DNA from: Fonticula alba ATCC 38817
Taxonomy: Eukaryota > Protista > Nucleariida
NCBI GenBank assembly: GCA_000388065.2
Contig: KB932202.1
DNA length: 25,271 nucleotides
Direction: 5' to 3' (one strand)
The notes beneath the pieces were generated by a model. The model was given only the letters and a program-made list of their open reading frames with translations. It was not told the DNA's origin and searched no databases. The translations under genes were made by a program, and so were the position numbers. Of this stretch, positions 1-14,430 are shown one piece after another. Each line of letters starts with the position of its first letter. Position 1 is the stretch's first letter.

Positions 1-38
1 CCCCCCCCCCCCCCCCGGCACGCCGCACACGCACACAG

Positions 39-1289
39 GACCCCGAGATCCCGGTCAGCGCGGCATCCATCATCAGCCCTACCGGCTCGGGCGAGCCCTT
101 CCACTCGAACCTCCTGTCTTTCCTTCAGAATCTCTACTCCCACGAGGAGCCGATCGGGGCCCTGCGCGGCCCGGCAGCCGGGCCCTTCCAGTCGTACTTC
201 GCCGGGCCAGTTCCATGCGCGCCCCGGTGGGAGGCGGCCACCGCCGGCGGCCCGGCCGGCGCATCGCACAGCCTCGTGTACCCCGGCATCACGCCGGATG
301 ACGGCCCGGGCGGCATTTTCCCCGAGTACCTGTCCCTGGGCATTTCCTTCCCGGCCCTCTGCCCGGGGGCCGTCCTTCCGCGATCCCTGTGCCATGATGT
401 CCCTTGTCTGGGGAATGGCGGATGCTCGTCGGCAGGGATGCCGGGCTGCGGCCCGGCTGGCGGCTCGGCCGGGTCCCTCCTCTACCGGTATCCTTCATCC
501 TCGACGCCGGAGCACTTCTACTCGCCATTCCCCTCGGCCGGGCACTCGCCCGCCCCCGGCGGCTCTTTGCATGCGGTCGGCCCCGGCGGCGACCCGGCCA
601 GTGACAAGCCCCGCAGCCAGTCGCTCGGGGCTCATGGCGGGTCGGCCGGCTGGCTGTCGCACTCGACCAGCGGCGGAGGGTCCGGCAGCATTGGCCCCTG
701 CGCCGGGTCGGACTTCCTGGACTCCGGCCTCGAGGGGGATTTCGCGCATTCCGCCGCACACGGGCACCATGGCCACCCCCACCATCACCACCATCAGCAT
801 CAGCCCCACCACCACCACGCGTCGTACTCCCCCTCGCTGGCGCCGTCCTCGGCGTCCGGATCGTCGGCGGCATCGCCACCGCGCGAGGCATCTGGCTTCT
901 TTAGCCGGCTCCTCCGGCGCCTGGGCGTCGGTGCCGGGGCCCCGGCCAACACCGGCGCCGGGGGCGCCCCCCCCGGCAGCCCTCCCCAACGGACGTCGCC
1001 CGACCCCGCAGCCTCCCCCGGGGCCGATGCCGACCCGGGGCCCACCTCCTCGCCCAGTCGCGGCAAGAGCCGGCGCCTGTCCTCGCGCTCCCGGCGCAAC
1101 AGCGCCCAGCGCAAGGGCCAGCCCGCCGCCTCGCCGGGCGCCTCGCCGCAGCTCAACCCCAGCCCCACCACCCCGGGCCCCGGGCCCGTCGCCAGCCCCA
1201 CCACCACGCCGGTCATCACGTCGGATATCTATGCCAGCCCGGCGATCCACCCGGTGGCCGGCGAGCCGGCCGGGGCCGGGACTTTCTGA
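39..1289 (+). CDS. Terminal exon of an unidentified protein (5' part outside the window); 416 codons plus stop; His-rich tract and Ser/Pro-rich tail
   Basis: Acceptor-like CACACAG at 32-38 after a C-run. The frame is open from 39 (DPEIPVSAASIISPTGSGEPFHSNLLSFLQNLYSHEEPIG...) to TGA at 1287-1289 and extends the listed 276..1289 ORF upstream. The N-terminal half has protein-like complexity. No family recognised. Confidence 0.55.
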   Translation, partial: DPEIPVSAASIISPTGSGEPFHSNLLSFLQNLYSHEEPIGALRGPAAGPFQSYFAGPVPCAPRWEAATAGGPAGASHSLVYPGITPDDGPGGIFPEYLSLGISFPALCPGAVLPRSLCHDVPCLGNGGCSSAGMPGCGPAGGSAGSLLYRYPSSSTPEHFYSPFPSAGHSPAPGGSLHAVGPGGDPASDKPRSQSLGAHGGSAGWLSHSTSGGGSGSIGPCAGSDFLDSGLEGDFAHSAAHGHHGHPHHHHHQHQPHHHHASYSPSLAPSSASGSSAASPPREASGFFSRLLRRLGVGAGAPANTGAGGAPPGSPPQRTSPDPAASPGADADPGPTSSPSRGKSRRLSSRSRRNSAQRKGQPAASPGASPQLNPSPTTPGPGPVASPTTTPVITSDIYASPAIHPVAGEPAGAGTF

Positions 1290-1610
1290 GGGCGGGGCGT
1301 GCGCATGCCTCTGGCCGGCCGGCCGGCCACGGCTCCCCGCCCCCGCTCTCCCTCCCTCTCTCTCTCCCCCTCGGGACAGGCTTTCTTTCTTCCCCCCACC
1401 CACACCCCGCCGCACGGGCTTCCTCTTCTTGGACAATATACCCGCGCCATAGAACCCGACAAAGCATGTCCCTGTCCTTTGCGCCTGGGGGTGGTAGTAT
1501 TCGCCGGGCACCGGCATATCTCGCCGGGGGGGGGGGGGGGGGGGGGCGGCCGAGCCGAGCTCTTCCCGGCTGGCAGACACACGCGGAGGGAGCACGCGTG
1601 CCCCGGCCGA

Positions 1611-4600
1611 TTACAGGAGATCCCGCACCTGGCTGATGTCGATCGGGCTGCGCTTCTGCGACAGCAGGTACGTGGCCACGGTCGACCGGCGGACCTTCTC
1701 CGTCTCCGGGTGTGACTGGACAAAGGCAAAGAGGTTCCGGTTTCGGGAATGGGTGTTGAGCATGGTCATGGCTGGGCACGGGGGACGGGGGGAGGGGGAG
1801 GACAGAGCGCGCCAAGGAACGAAAAAAGGAAAAAAAAGAAGTTAATCCAGAGGCCAACCGAACCAAGGGGCGGCCGCGGGTCGGCAGCAGGTCGACATAC
1901 CGAGGCTGCGCACGGCGCTGTGCGACTGCTGACATGCGATGAACTGCTCGATGTGCTGGTGGTCCAGGTGGTCACGCAGAGGGAAGGCCACCACCGGCGC
2001 GGCCCCGGGGACCGCCGAGGGGGCGGGCAACTTCGCCGCCGCGCTGGCGGAGATGGCCGACGCCGAGGACAGCCGGTTCTTCAGGATATTGTACGCCGAC
2101 GACTGGGGCAGCAGCATCAGCAAGCCATTGAGGGCCAGCAGGAGGGACTGATTGTTGGCGATGTCCAGCAGGTGCAGGCGCATGGCTGGCGGTGGCACGC
2201 GCATGCATGGCCGGCGCGCGGGATGGGGCAATATAAAAAGGTCAGAGAATGCCCCGCCGGCCGGCCGGCCGGCCGGGCGCTGCGGGGCACCAAGGTCGGA
2301 AAGGGGGAGAGAGAAAGAAGCAACAGCGCAAAAAAAAACAAACAAACAAAAAACCCCCAGGCGTACGGGTGAAGACCGGCGACTCGATGAGGTGGATCAG
2401 CTGGTCGATGTCCACCAGGAAGGACACCGTGACGTCCATGTCGCAAGAGCTGCCACGGGGAGGGGGGAAAGCAGAGAAGGGGAGCGGCGGCAGAAGGTTA
2501 GAGAGCCCCAGCGAAGGCCCGAGGCAGGAGGGCCAGGCGTCAGGGCCGGCGCTGGCGCCGCTGCCCTCCACCCGGCCAAGGGGGGGGGGGGGGGGGGGGG
2601 GGGGAGCGCACCACAGCTTGATGAGCTCATATGCCTGGAGGAAGCGCCCGGCCAGGAGACAGAGCCCGATCGAGGCCGCGGCATTGTGCGACCAGCAGCG
2701 GAAGAGCTGGGCGAAGAGAGACGCCGACTCCGCGGACTCCGGGGCCCGGTCGTCAGTGGCGCGCAGGACCGCCCGCATGCGCGCGCACTCCGAGCTGGTC
2801 ATCAGGATCAAATGCAGCGCCTGGACCAGGCTCTCGACGAAGGCCAGGTCCAGCGGCGGGCAGGTCCCATACAGGGCAAAGTGCCGGGGCTGGGCTCGTC
2901 CCGACTTGGGAGAGGCGGCACCGGCGGCAGTTGCAGCGGGTGCCACCGTCGCCGCCACGGCCGCCGGAGACTCGGTGACCGGAGCGGCCGCCGTGTCGTC
3001 GCCCGCGGCGGGGGTCGCATCCCCGGCGCCACTGGCCGAGGCGGAGCCGGTCCCCGGCGGCAGCGACGCCTCGGTCAGAATGTCGGCCAGGGTGCTGAAG
3101 ACGCTCTCCGGGGTCAGGGTCATGGCAAGCTGCCGGACGATCAGGCTACAGCGCTCCTGCATCATCTGCATGGCGAGGAGCCCGAGGAGAGGAGGGGGCC
3201 ATGTGTGTGTGTGCGGTGTGTGTGTGTGTGTGCGTTTGCAGATGCGCGTGCGTTTGCAGATGCGCGTGCGTGTGTCAGAGGCCGATGGGGCAAATGGGAA
3301 GAAGGCACGCCTGATGACCATCCTATGCCGCATGGGAGGCCCAGCCGCGGGCGAGCCGCAGCGGGGGGCGCACCTTCTTGTCGCCCTGGAGCATCTGCAG
3401 GAAGCACTCGCAGCAGCGGCGGAACCACTTGGGGCCCATGTGCGACCCGAGGGTGGCCAGCACGTCGATGGCCGTGCGCGTGGCCCGCGGGCTCGGGTCC
3501 AGCAGGCAGTGCAGCAGGGCCGAGAAGAGGCCCGAATTCCGGCCCAGCTGCGCCGCGAAGGCCCCCTCCTCGTGCTGGCTCATGATGAGCAGCCACTCCA
3601 GGGCGGCCAGCCGCGTGGCCTCCGCCCCGTGGGTCAGCAGCTGCGACAGCTCGTGGATCAGCCGGTCCAGGGGGAAGGCCGCGGCCGAGGGGGCGCCGCC
3701 GCCGCCGCCGCCGCCGGCGATGGCCGCCCGCCCGGCCGAGCCCGCCCCCGACGTCGACTCCAGGAACAGGGCCAGCAGGGCGGCGTCCACATCGAGCGCG
3801 GCGTTCTTGATGTCTGCATGCCGGCAGCGAGGGTGAGAATGAGTGTGGCCGGGCGACGGGGCGCACGCGGCAGACGAGTGTCCCCCCCCCCCCCCCTTCC
3901 CCCCTTCCCGGCCTCCCTTCACGGCGCATATGGGGCACACGCACTGTTGAGGTTGTGCGACACGCAGAGGAGCGCCCCGTGCACGAGGCGGTCGGCCAGG
4001 GGCACGAGCGCGCGCTTGAACTTCCCGGAGGACAGGATGCCGGAAATCCACAGAAGCCCATTGGCCTGCATGGCCGGGTCCTGCGAGCAGCACGCCCACA
4101 GCAGCGACGGAACAATGCGCGCCACGTCGAAGGGGCGCTGGACGCTGACGCCGACATCGGCGGCCAGGGGCGACGCCGTGTCGGCAGTCTCCCCCGACCC
4201 GGTGCCGGACCCGGACCCGGACCCCGAGGCCGCCGAGGCCGCCGAGGCCGCCGACGCCGCGGCGATGGCCAGGATCCCGACCACGGGCGGGGTGTCGCCG
4301 GCCGTGGCCGCGGCCTCGGACTCCGACTCCGGCGCGGTGCCCTCCCCGCCGGAGGCGCTGGCCGCCGGGCCGGGCGACGCGCCGGCCACCGGGGTCCCGG
4401 CCCCGGACGGGGTCACCTCCGGCAGCGCCTGCGAGGCCACCACCCCCTCGAGCAAGCTGTTCAGGATGGCCCGGGCCTTCATGTTCACATCGACCCGAGT
4501 GTCCGCGATGTAGGACAGCAGCCCCGGCAGGAAGGCCGGCAGGTAGTACAGCAAGTCCAGGCTGGGGATGCCATGGAGCAGCTGGATCCAGTCCATGATG

Positions 4601-4719
4601 AAGATCCGGAGCTGGGCTACGGGCCGGCGAATGGCCGGCCGGCAGATCCGGGGGCCAGCAGCGGAGCGAGGGGCGAAACCGCGAGAGACGGCAAGGAGGG
4701 ACAGTCAGCACATGTGTCC

Positions 4720-4755
<36 letters not shown>

Positions 4756-5824
4756 AGGCGGCCGAGGATGCCGGCCGGGCGGGGATTGCACGGGGCCGAG
4801 CCCCGGCGGCCACGCACGCGACACCACGCGAATGCGTTCCACCAGCAGGGCGAAGAACTTGTCCATGTCGAAGTTGGGCGCGCCGGATGGGTCCGACGCC
4901 ACCAGATCCTTGATCAGGTTGTTCAGCATGCCGGCGGCATTCTGCACCGACTGCTCGGAGTCGGCTGACAGCTGCGCGCGGCCGAGACCGAGAGGCGCCG
5001 GCGCCGGGGCGAAGGGGAAAGGGGTCAGCTAGCAGCCCCAGCCGGCGGGCGGGCGGGCGCGCGGGCGCGCGGGAGCAGGGGGAAGCCCAGGAGGAAGCCG
5101 CGCCGGGCCCCGGGGCAAATGCACCTTGCAGAGGCTGTCGAAAATCTCGCTGAACCACCGGTCAATGACCTCCTTTCGGGCGATCTTCGACACGTTGAAC
5201 AGCGACTCGCACGCATAGTACCGGACCTCGGCATCCTTGTCCGAGAAGCAGGTGATGATCGGGGCGATGATGGCGTTCAGGTAGGCCTTGACCCCCTTGG
5301 ACAGGCCGATGGCAACGGCCGACAGGGCAATCAGGCCGCCCTTGCGGGCGTTCGGGTCCACCGACAGGCAGAGGTCCCGCTCGAGATGGTGGATGATGCT
5401 CTGTACCTGGGCGTCCTCCGTGCGGATGCCCTTGACGAGGCTGTGCGCGCGTGTGGATGTGCGTGTGTACGCGTGTACGGGGGGCGGGAGGCGGAGAGGT
5501 GGACGGGTGTGAGCGCACAGGGGGCAGAGAGGAGAGGGGGGGAGAGAGAGAGAGAGAGGGAGACCGGGCAGCGGGGGAGGGAGAGGCAGAGGGGCGCACC
5601 GCTCGAGGTCCTGTGCGGCGGCCTTGCGCTTGCTGTAGGTCTTGTCCTTCAGGCCGCGCATGATCTGGCGCCAGGGCCAGGAACGGACGAGGGGAGCATG
5701 GCGGCCGGGGCAGGGTGAGTGGCAAGGTGGATGGCCAGCGGCGCGAAAAGACGCCAGGCCCAGCAGCCGGCAGCAGGACGGACGCGCGACGTACAATCGC
5801 CGGGATGGCTGATTCCATGGACAT
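1611..5824 (-). CDS. VAC14: VAC14 (PIKfyve/Fab1-Fig4 complex HEAT-repeat scaffold), 10 exons, about 919 aa
   Basis: Exons (-): 5824-5795, 5664-5600, 5440-5125, 4971-4818, 4616-3945, 3813-3374, 3165-2612 (2615 also possible), 2449-2367, 2185-1901, 1771-1611. All joins are GT-AG and in phase (2760 nt). Motifs match Vac14: IMRGLKDKTYSKRKAAA, NARKGGLIALSAVAIGL, EVRYYACESLFNVSK, RIFIMDWIQLL..IPSLDLLYYLP, ERCSLIVRQL, LVDIDQLIHLIESPVFT, ALNGLLMLLPQSSAYNILKNRL. Confidence 0.95.
3201..3275. repeat. (GT)n tract plus 18-bp tandem duplication TGCGTTTGCAGATGCGCG in VAC14 intron 6
   Basis: Duplicated units at 3231-3248 and 3249-3266. Confidence 0.8.
4722..4754. repeat. 33-nt poly(G) in VAC14 intron 4 (one of many homopolymer runs)
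   Basis: Other runs: C 1-16, G 1526-1546, G 2580-2604, C 3882-3896, C 9586-9601, C 10057-10068, C 15715-15728, G 16614-16624, G 18233-18257, G 18607-18625, G 21430-21440, G 23172-23183, G 25251-25271. Confidence 0.9.
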
Positions 5825-5830
5825 GGTGGC
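5822..5830 (-). promoter_or_regulatory. Kozak-like context GCCACCATG at the VAC14 start codon
   Basis: The minus strand reads GCCACC-ATG-TCC-ATG-GAA at 5830-5813. Confidence 0.6.
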
Positions 5831-5904
5831 GGGGGCGGTTGGATCCACCAGTGCGGGTGGCAACCGGGAGCGGGGCGAGGGAGCGGAAGGGGGAGGGGGA
5901 GGGG

Positions 5905-6621
5905 NNNNNNNNNNNNNNNNNNNNNNNNNNNNNNNNNNNNNNNNNNNNNNNNNNNNNNNNNNNNNNNNNNNNNNNNNNNNNNNNNNNNNNNNNNNNNNNN
6001 NNNNNNNNNNNNNNNNNNNNNNNNNNNNNNNNNNNNNNNNNNNNNNNNNNNNNNNNNNNNNNNNNNNNNNNNNNNNNNNNNNNNNNNNNNNNNNNNNNNN
6101 NNNNNNNNNNNNNNNNNNNNNNNNNNNNNNNNNNNNNNNNNNNNNNNNNNNNNNNNNNNNNNNNNNNNNNNNNNNNNNNNNNNNNNNNNNNNNNNNNNNN
6201 NNNNNNNNNNNNNNNNNNNNNNNNNNNNNNNNNNNNNNNNNNNNNNNNNNNNNNNNNNNNNNNNNNNNNNNNNNNNNNNNNNNNNNNNNNNNNNNNNNNN
6301 NNNNNNNNNNNNNNNNNNNNNNNNNNNNNNNNNNNNNNNNNNNNNNNNNNNNNNNNNNNNNNNNNNNNNNNNNNNNNNNNNNNNNNNNNNNNNNNNNNNN
6401 NNNNNNNNNNNNNNNNNNNNNNNNNNNNNNNNNNNNNNNNNNNNNNNNNNNNNNNNNNNNNNNNNNNNNNNNNNNNNNNNNNNNNNNNNNNNNNNNNNNN
6501 NNNNNNNNNNNNNNNNNNNNNNNNNNNNNNNNNNNNNNNNNNNNNNNNNNNNNNNNNNNNNNNNNNNNNNNNNNNNNNNNNNNNNNNNNNNNNNNNNNNN
6601 NNNNNNNNNNNNNNNNNNNNN
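5905..6621. other. Assembly gap (717 N)
   Basis: Run of N between the VAC14 5' end and the golgin 3' end. Confidence 0.99.
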
Positions 6622-6652
6622 GGCGCCGGGAGCAGCCGGGCGACAACGACCG

Positions 6653-6673
6653 CAACAACAACAACAACAACAA
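6653..6673. repeat. (CAA)7 microsatellite
   Basis: caacaacaacaacaacaacaa downstream of the golgin stop. Confidence 0.85.
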
Positions 6674-6738
6674 CGATCGCGCCCGGGAGGCGATCCGTTG
6701 GCACCTGGCGCGGCACAAGCCATCCTCCTGCAAGCGGG

Positions 6739-6744
6739 TTTATT
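6739..6744 (-). terminator. Candidate polyadenylation signal AATAAA of the golgin gene
   Basis: TTTATT on the plus strand, about 70 nt after the TGA at 6817-6815. Confidence 0.5.
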
Positions 6745-6814
6745 TTTCTCCCCAGGGCGCGCGGCGCGACGCGCGTGTGCGCGCGCAAGTACGACCGCGC
6801 CCGGGGCCGGCCTT

Positions 6815-7679
6815 TCACGCCGGCGGGATGGCGGGCTTCGGGGGCGTCCCGCCGTCGGCGGGCCCGGGCCCGGCCGGCGTCCCGGCCTGCTGGAGCTCGG
6901 TCTTCTCCACCTCCTGCAGCAGGAAGTGCACCCACTGCTCGGCCATGGAGGGTTCGCGCGGGGCGGCGTCCCCGGCGGCCGGCCCCGACGACCAGGGGAG
7001 CCACCGCCGGAGGAAGCCAAAGCGCCCGCCGGTGGCGGCTCCGGCCCCGGCGAGCCCGGGGTCGGCAGCCGACGGCCCGGCGCCGGAGGGGGCTCGGCCG
7101 CCGAGGGGCCGATCGGCCGCGACGCCTGGCGCCCGGTCGGGCCCTGGCCGGGTCCCGGCGTCGGTGCCCGGCCCGGCCGGCCGTGGGGCCGGCCGCAGGG
7201 CCCCCACATCCCCGGCCGGGTAGCATGCCGGGCACTGGGGGTCCACACAGGAGGCCGCATACAGGTCCGGGTGCGCGGCAAAATGGCACCGCACGCAGCC
7301 GGCCCCCGGGGGTGGGCTGCTACCGGCGCCGGCCTCGGGCGCCTCGCACGTGTGCTCCATGCCGGCCACCAGGGCCAGGGCCGTGCGGCACTGGGCCGGC
7401 GCAGGGCCACCCGGCGGTGCCCGGAGGAAGAGCAACTCGCGCTCGGTGGCCGAGAGGTCCAGCTGGTCGGCGATGGCGCGCATCCGGTGCCGGCCCCGGC
7501 GCAGGCGCTCCTCCTCCGAGAGATGGTCCAGGCGCAGGTGGTCCAGACTGACGGCCGTCGGGTCGGCCGGGCTCAACGGCAGGACTCCCCCGGCTGTGCC
7601 ATATCGCGGGAAGAAGTCCTGGCCGGTGAGCAGGAGGTATTCGATGACCAAGTCGCGCAGGACCAGGAGCCTGCGTGTG

Positions 7680-7735
<56 letters not shown>

Positions 7736-9037
7736 TGTGTGCGTGCGTGCGTGCGTGCGTGCGTGTTAGTGTTGGGCATGCCCCTCTTGGCCGACACATG
7801 GCCGCATGGATCCATGAGCAGGGGCATTTGCGTGTGCACGCGCGCGCGAACGCGCCAGGGGAGGCACATCCGCGCACGGATGCGTACCGGTCCTGGAGGC
7901 CACGCTCGGCCGCATCCGGGTACAGCCGCCGCAGGAAGGAGTGCGACAGCATGTCGACGGCCGGGGGCGGCGTGACGCCGGGCCCGGGGCCCGGCTCCGG
8001 GTCCCCGGCCGCCGGGGCGAGAGCCGCCGCATCGGCCTCCAGCCGGTCCAGCCGGTGCTGCAGCTCGGAAATCAGGTCGTCCTTCTCCGAAAGGTCGTGG
8101 TTGCGCTTGGACAACACCAACTGCGGGGCATGCGCCGGCCAGGAGGCAACACCCGGCGAGGAGGCAACACCCGGGCCGTCGATCGGCCCCGCTGGGCGAG
8201 CGTCAGACAATGCCGCCGGCGGCCCGGGGCCCGGGAGACGGCCAAAGGAGGCGTCGCGCGAGAGAGAGAGAGAGAGAGAAAGAGCCCCCACCCCCCCCAC
8301 CCCCCCGCCCAGTCACACAAAGGATACACAGGGCCGGCCGCAGCCCCACGCACCTGCATGTCCGCCAGGCGCCCCTCCAGGCGCTCGATTTCGATGGCAC
8401 GCTCGGCCTCGCGCGCTTCCATGGCCGCCTGGATGTTGTCCTGGGTCAGGGACTGCTCATGGAGCAGGGCCTGGTGCCGGGCCACCAGGTCCTTGCGGGC
8501 CGCCTCGGCCGCCAGCATCTGTCGCTGGGACTCGCCCAGCAGGGTTTCCACCTGGCGGGTCAGGATGTCGGACTTGGCCAGGGCATCGGCCATCCACCGG
8601 TGCAGGCTGCGCCCGAGCGGGGTCGAGTGCAGCGCGGCCAGCGGCCCGGCCGGCATGCCGGCCGCGAACCACCCGGCCAGGTGCCCGCCGTGCGACCGAT
8701 CGAAGGGCACCAGCTCGTACATGAGATCGAGGGCCGGGCCCTCCGGGGCCACCGGCGACGCCGGCTGCCCGGAGGCCGACCCGCCGCTGGCCCCGGTCCC
8801 GGCCAGCCCCGGGCTGCCTGGCGGGCTGGCCGTCAGCGACAGCTTGATGGAGCTGGACGCCGCATCGGCCGCCAGGCGGTCATTGTCCGCCTGCAGCCGG
8901 GCGACCTCGTCCCGCAGGGCCACCAGCTCGCGCGTGGTGGCCTCCTCGCGCTCGAGGATGTGCGACCGCAGGACATTCAGCTGCCGGGCCTGGCGATCGC
9001 GCTCGCGCAGCAGGGCCTCCACCTCGGTGGATGTCAT
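6815..9037 (-). CDS. Coiled-coil golgin with GRAB domain and GA1 motif (TRIP11/GMAP-210/Rud3-like), at least 3 exons, about 590 aa
   Basis: Exons 9037-8354, 8120-7888, 7670-6815 join in phase (1773 nt). The N-terminal half is heptad-rich (EVEALLRERDRQARQL..., IEIERLEGRLADMQ). DRLLVLRDLVIEYL and RMRAIADQLDLSATERELLF resemble the two GRAB helices. GFLRRWLPW and SMAEQWVHFLLQE resemble the Trp-rich segment and GA1 motif. An acceptor-like CAG at 9042-9040 suggests an upstream UTR or coding exon. Confidence 0.7.
7672..7766. repeat. (GCGT)n / sense (CACG)n microsatellite in golgin intron
   Basis: About 23 tetramer units between ACTAAC (7770-7765, minus) and the acceptor AG (7672-7671). Confidence 0.95.
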
Positions 9038-9039
9038 GC

Positions 9040-10114
9040 CTGCGTGCGAGTGTGTGTGTGTGTGGGTGTGTGTGTGTGTGTGCGTGCGTGCGTGCGCGCG
9101 CGCGTGCGCGGGGGCGGGTCCGTGTGCGGGCTGTGACGCAGGGGCCGGAGCGAGCCCTTCGGAGAGAGGGGGGAGGGGGGAAAGGTGCGGATGCGTGTAT
9201 GCGGGTGTGTACGCGCGCGGCAAGACAGCAGCGGCAGAGAGAGAGAGAGAGAGAGGAAGCGAGAAGGGGGCGGAGGGACAGGCCGGAGGAGTGGGATGCC
9301 CCGGGCGGCGCGCGCGCGCCCCGGCGCCCAGGGCACCCCCTCTCGGGGTGTGTTTAACATGCGAGCCCCGGCCGGTGGCGAGGCGCGGCCCCGGCCACAG
9401 TCCCGCGGATCGCCCCCGGTGCCCTTCGCTCCGCCGCCCTGGCCGGCCGAACGAACAGCCTCCCCCGGCCCCGGGGGCAGACGGCCACAGCGGGGGAGAG
9501 AAGCCGGACCGAGCCCGATCCGCGGCGCGGACTAGCGCCCGGCCCGCCCGGCCCAGAGGGCGCCGTCGCCGGCGAGAAGAACCCGCCCCCCCCCCCCCCC
9601 CGAGGCCGCCGCCGCTCTCGTGTACCAGACTCCCGGGCGCCGGGCCGATCGGGCGCGGACAGGCCCGGCCCGCGAGTGCCGACGTGATCTGGCGCCGGGC
9701 CGTCGGGCTTAACCCGGGCCCCAGAACCGGCGCGGTCTGCGTGGGCACCCGGCGTCGTGCCGGGCTGCCGACGCATGCGCCCTTGTTAACCGTTGTGGGC
9801 TTCGTCGGTGTCCTGGCGGTTGTGGGCTCCTTTGTGGGCGACCGCCGTCGGGCGTGTCGGGCACGCGCGGCCCGGCCCCGTACAAGCCGCCTCTCCTCTG
9901 GCCCGCCTCGCCCCGTTCCGCTCACTGTCCACGGTATTCCCTTGCCCTGCGCCGCCCCTCCCCCGCGCCCCTTTTCCCCCCCTCGGGCCTGGCCTGTGTG
10001 CTTTTTTTTTCGCCCGTCCTCGCGCGGCCGTCGCTCGGCTCGGCGCGTCACCGCCGCCCCCCCCCCCCGGGCTGCCATCCCGGCCTGCCACCGGTCGGCC
10101 GACCTGCTGAGACG
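9040..10114. promoter_or_regulatory. Divergent (head-to-head) intergenic/5' region shared by the golgin and PMT genes
   Basis: The ATGs at 9037 (-) and 10115 (+) face away from each other about 1.1 kb apart. The interval holds (GT)n/(GCGT)n, (GA)n, C-runs and three TTGTGGGC copies. Confidence 0.5.
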
Positions 10115-14014
<3,900 letters not shown>

Positions 14015-14430
14015 CGCCCCCCGCCCCCCCCTGGCAGGGTGTGTATGCGGCCAGGCGCGCGAGCGCCCGCCCCCCGCCCCCCCAGCAGCCCGGTGCCCGC
14101 AATAGACCGCCGTCGGGCCCCGGCCCTGGCCTTCGCCCAATCGGTCCGAGCAGGGCGGCACGGGCATCCCCGGCGGACGAGCCACAACCGAGGGGGGAGG
14201 GAGGAAAGGGGGGCAAAAGAAACGGGTCGTGTATTGACACAGTGCAGGCGGCGGGGCAGGGCGTGGCGCTTTTGGCGTGGCATGCACGGCCCCCGGGCCC
14301 CTCCGAGCAGGAGGGCCACACGCGCGCCGGCATTCGGCCGCACAGACACGCACAAAGATACACGCGCGTGGCCGCACGGCGGCGCGCACATCTGCGCATA
14401 CACACCCACGCGCACATGCACACAGGCCGG

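Noticed and set aside
1623-1631. CAG|GTGCGG as a further VAC14 donor
   Set aside because: An in-frame TAA follows five codons later and no conserved downstream exon was found before the convergent gene.
4972-5031. Alternative VAC14 acceptor (TAG at 5031-5029) adding 19 in-frame residues
   Set aside because: It lies upstream of the CTGAC branch candidate and would insert residues into a conserved HEAT repeat; the CAG at 4974-4972 fits the family alignment.
7630-7670. Calling the golgin a GRIP-domain (Arl1-binding) protein
   Set aside because: The Tyr of the GRIP EYL motif is absent at the aligned position (LVL), and the downstream Trp-rich and GA1-like motifs fit GRAB better.
9034-9360. ORF MLNTPREG... 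as the first coding exon of the golgin
   Set aside because: Its plausible donor is phase 0 but the acceptor at 9040 needs phase 1; the rest translates microsatellite sequence. The ATG at 9037 is the first in-frame ATG.
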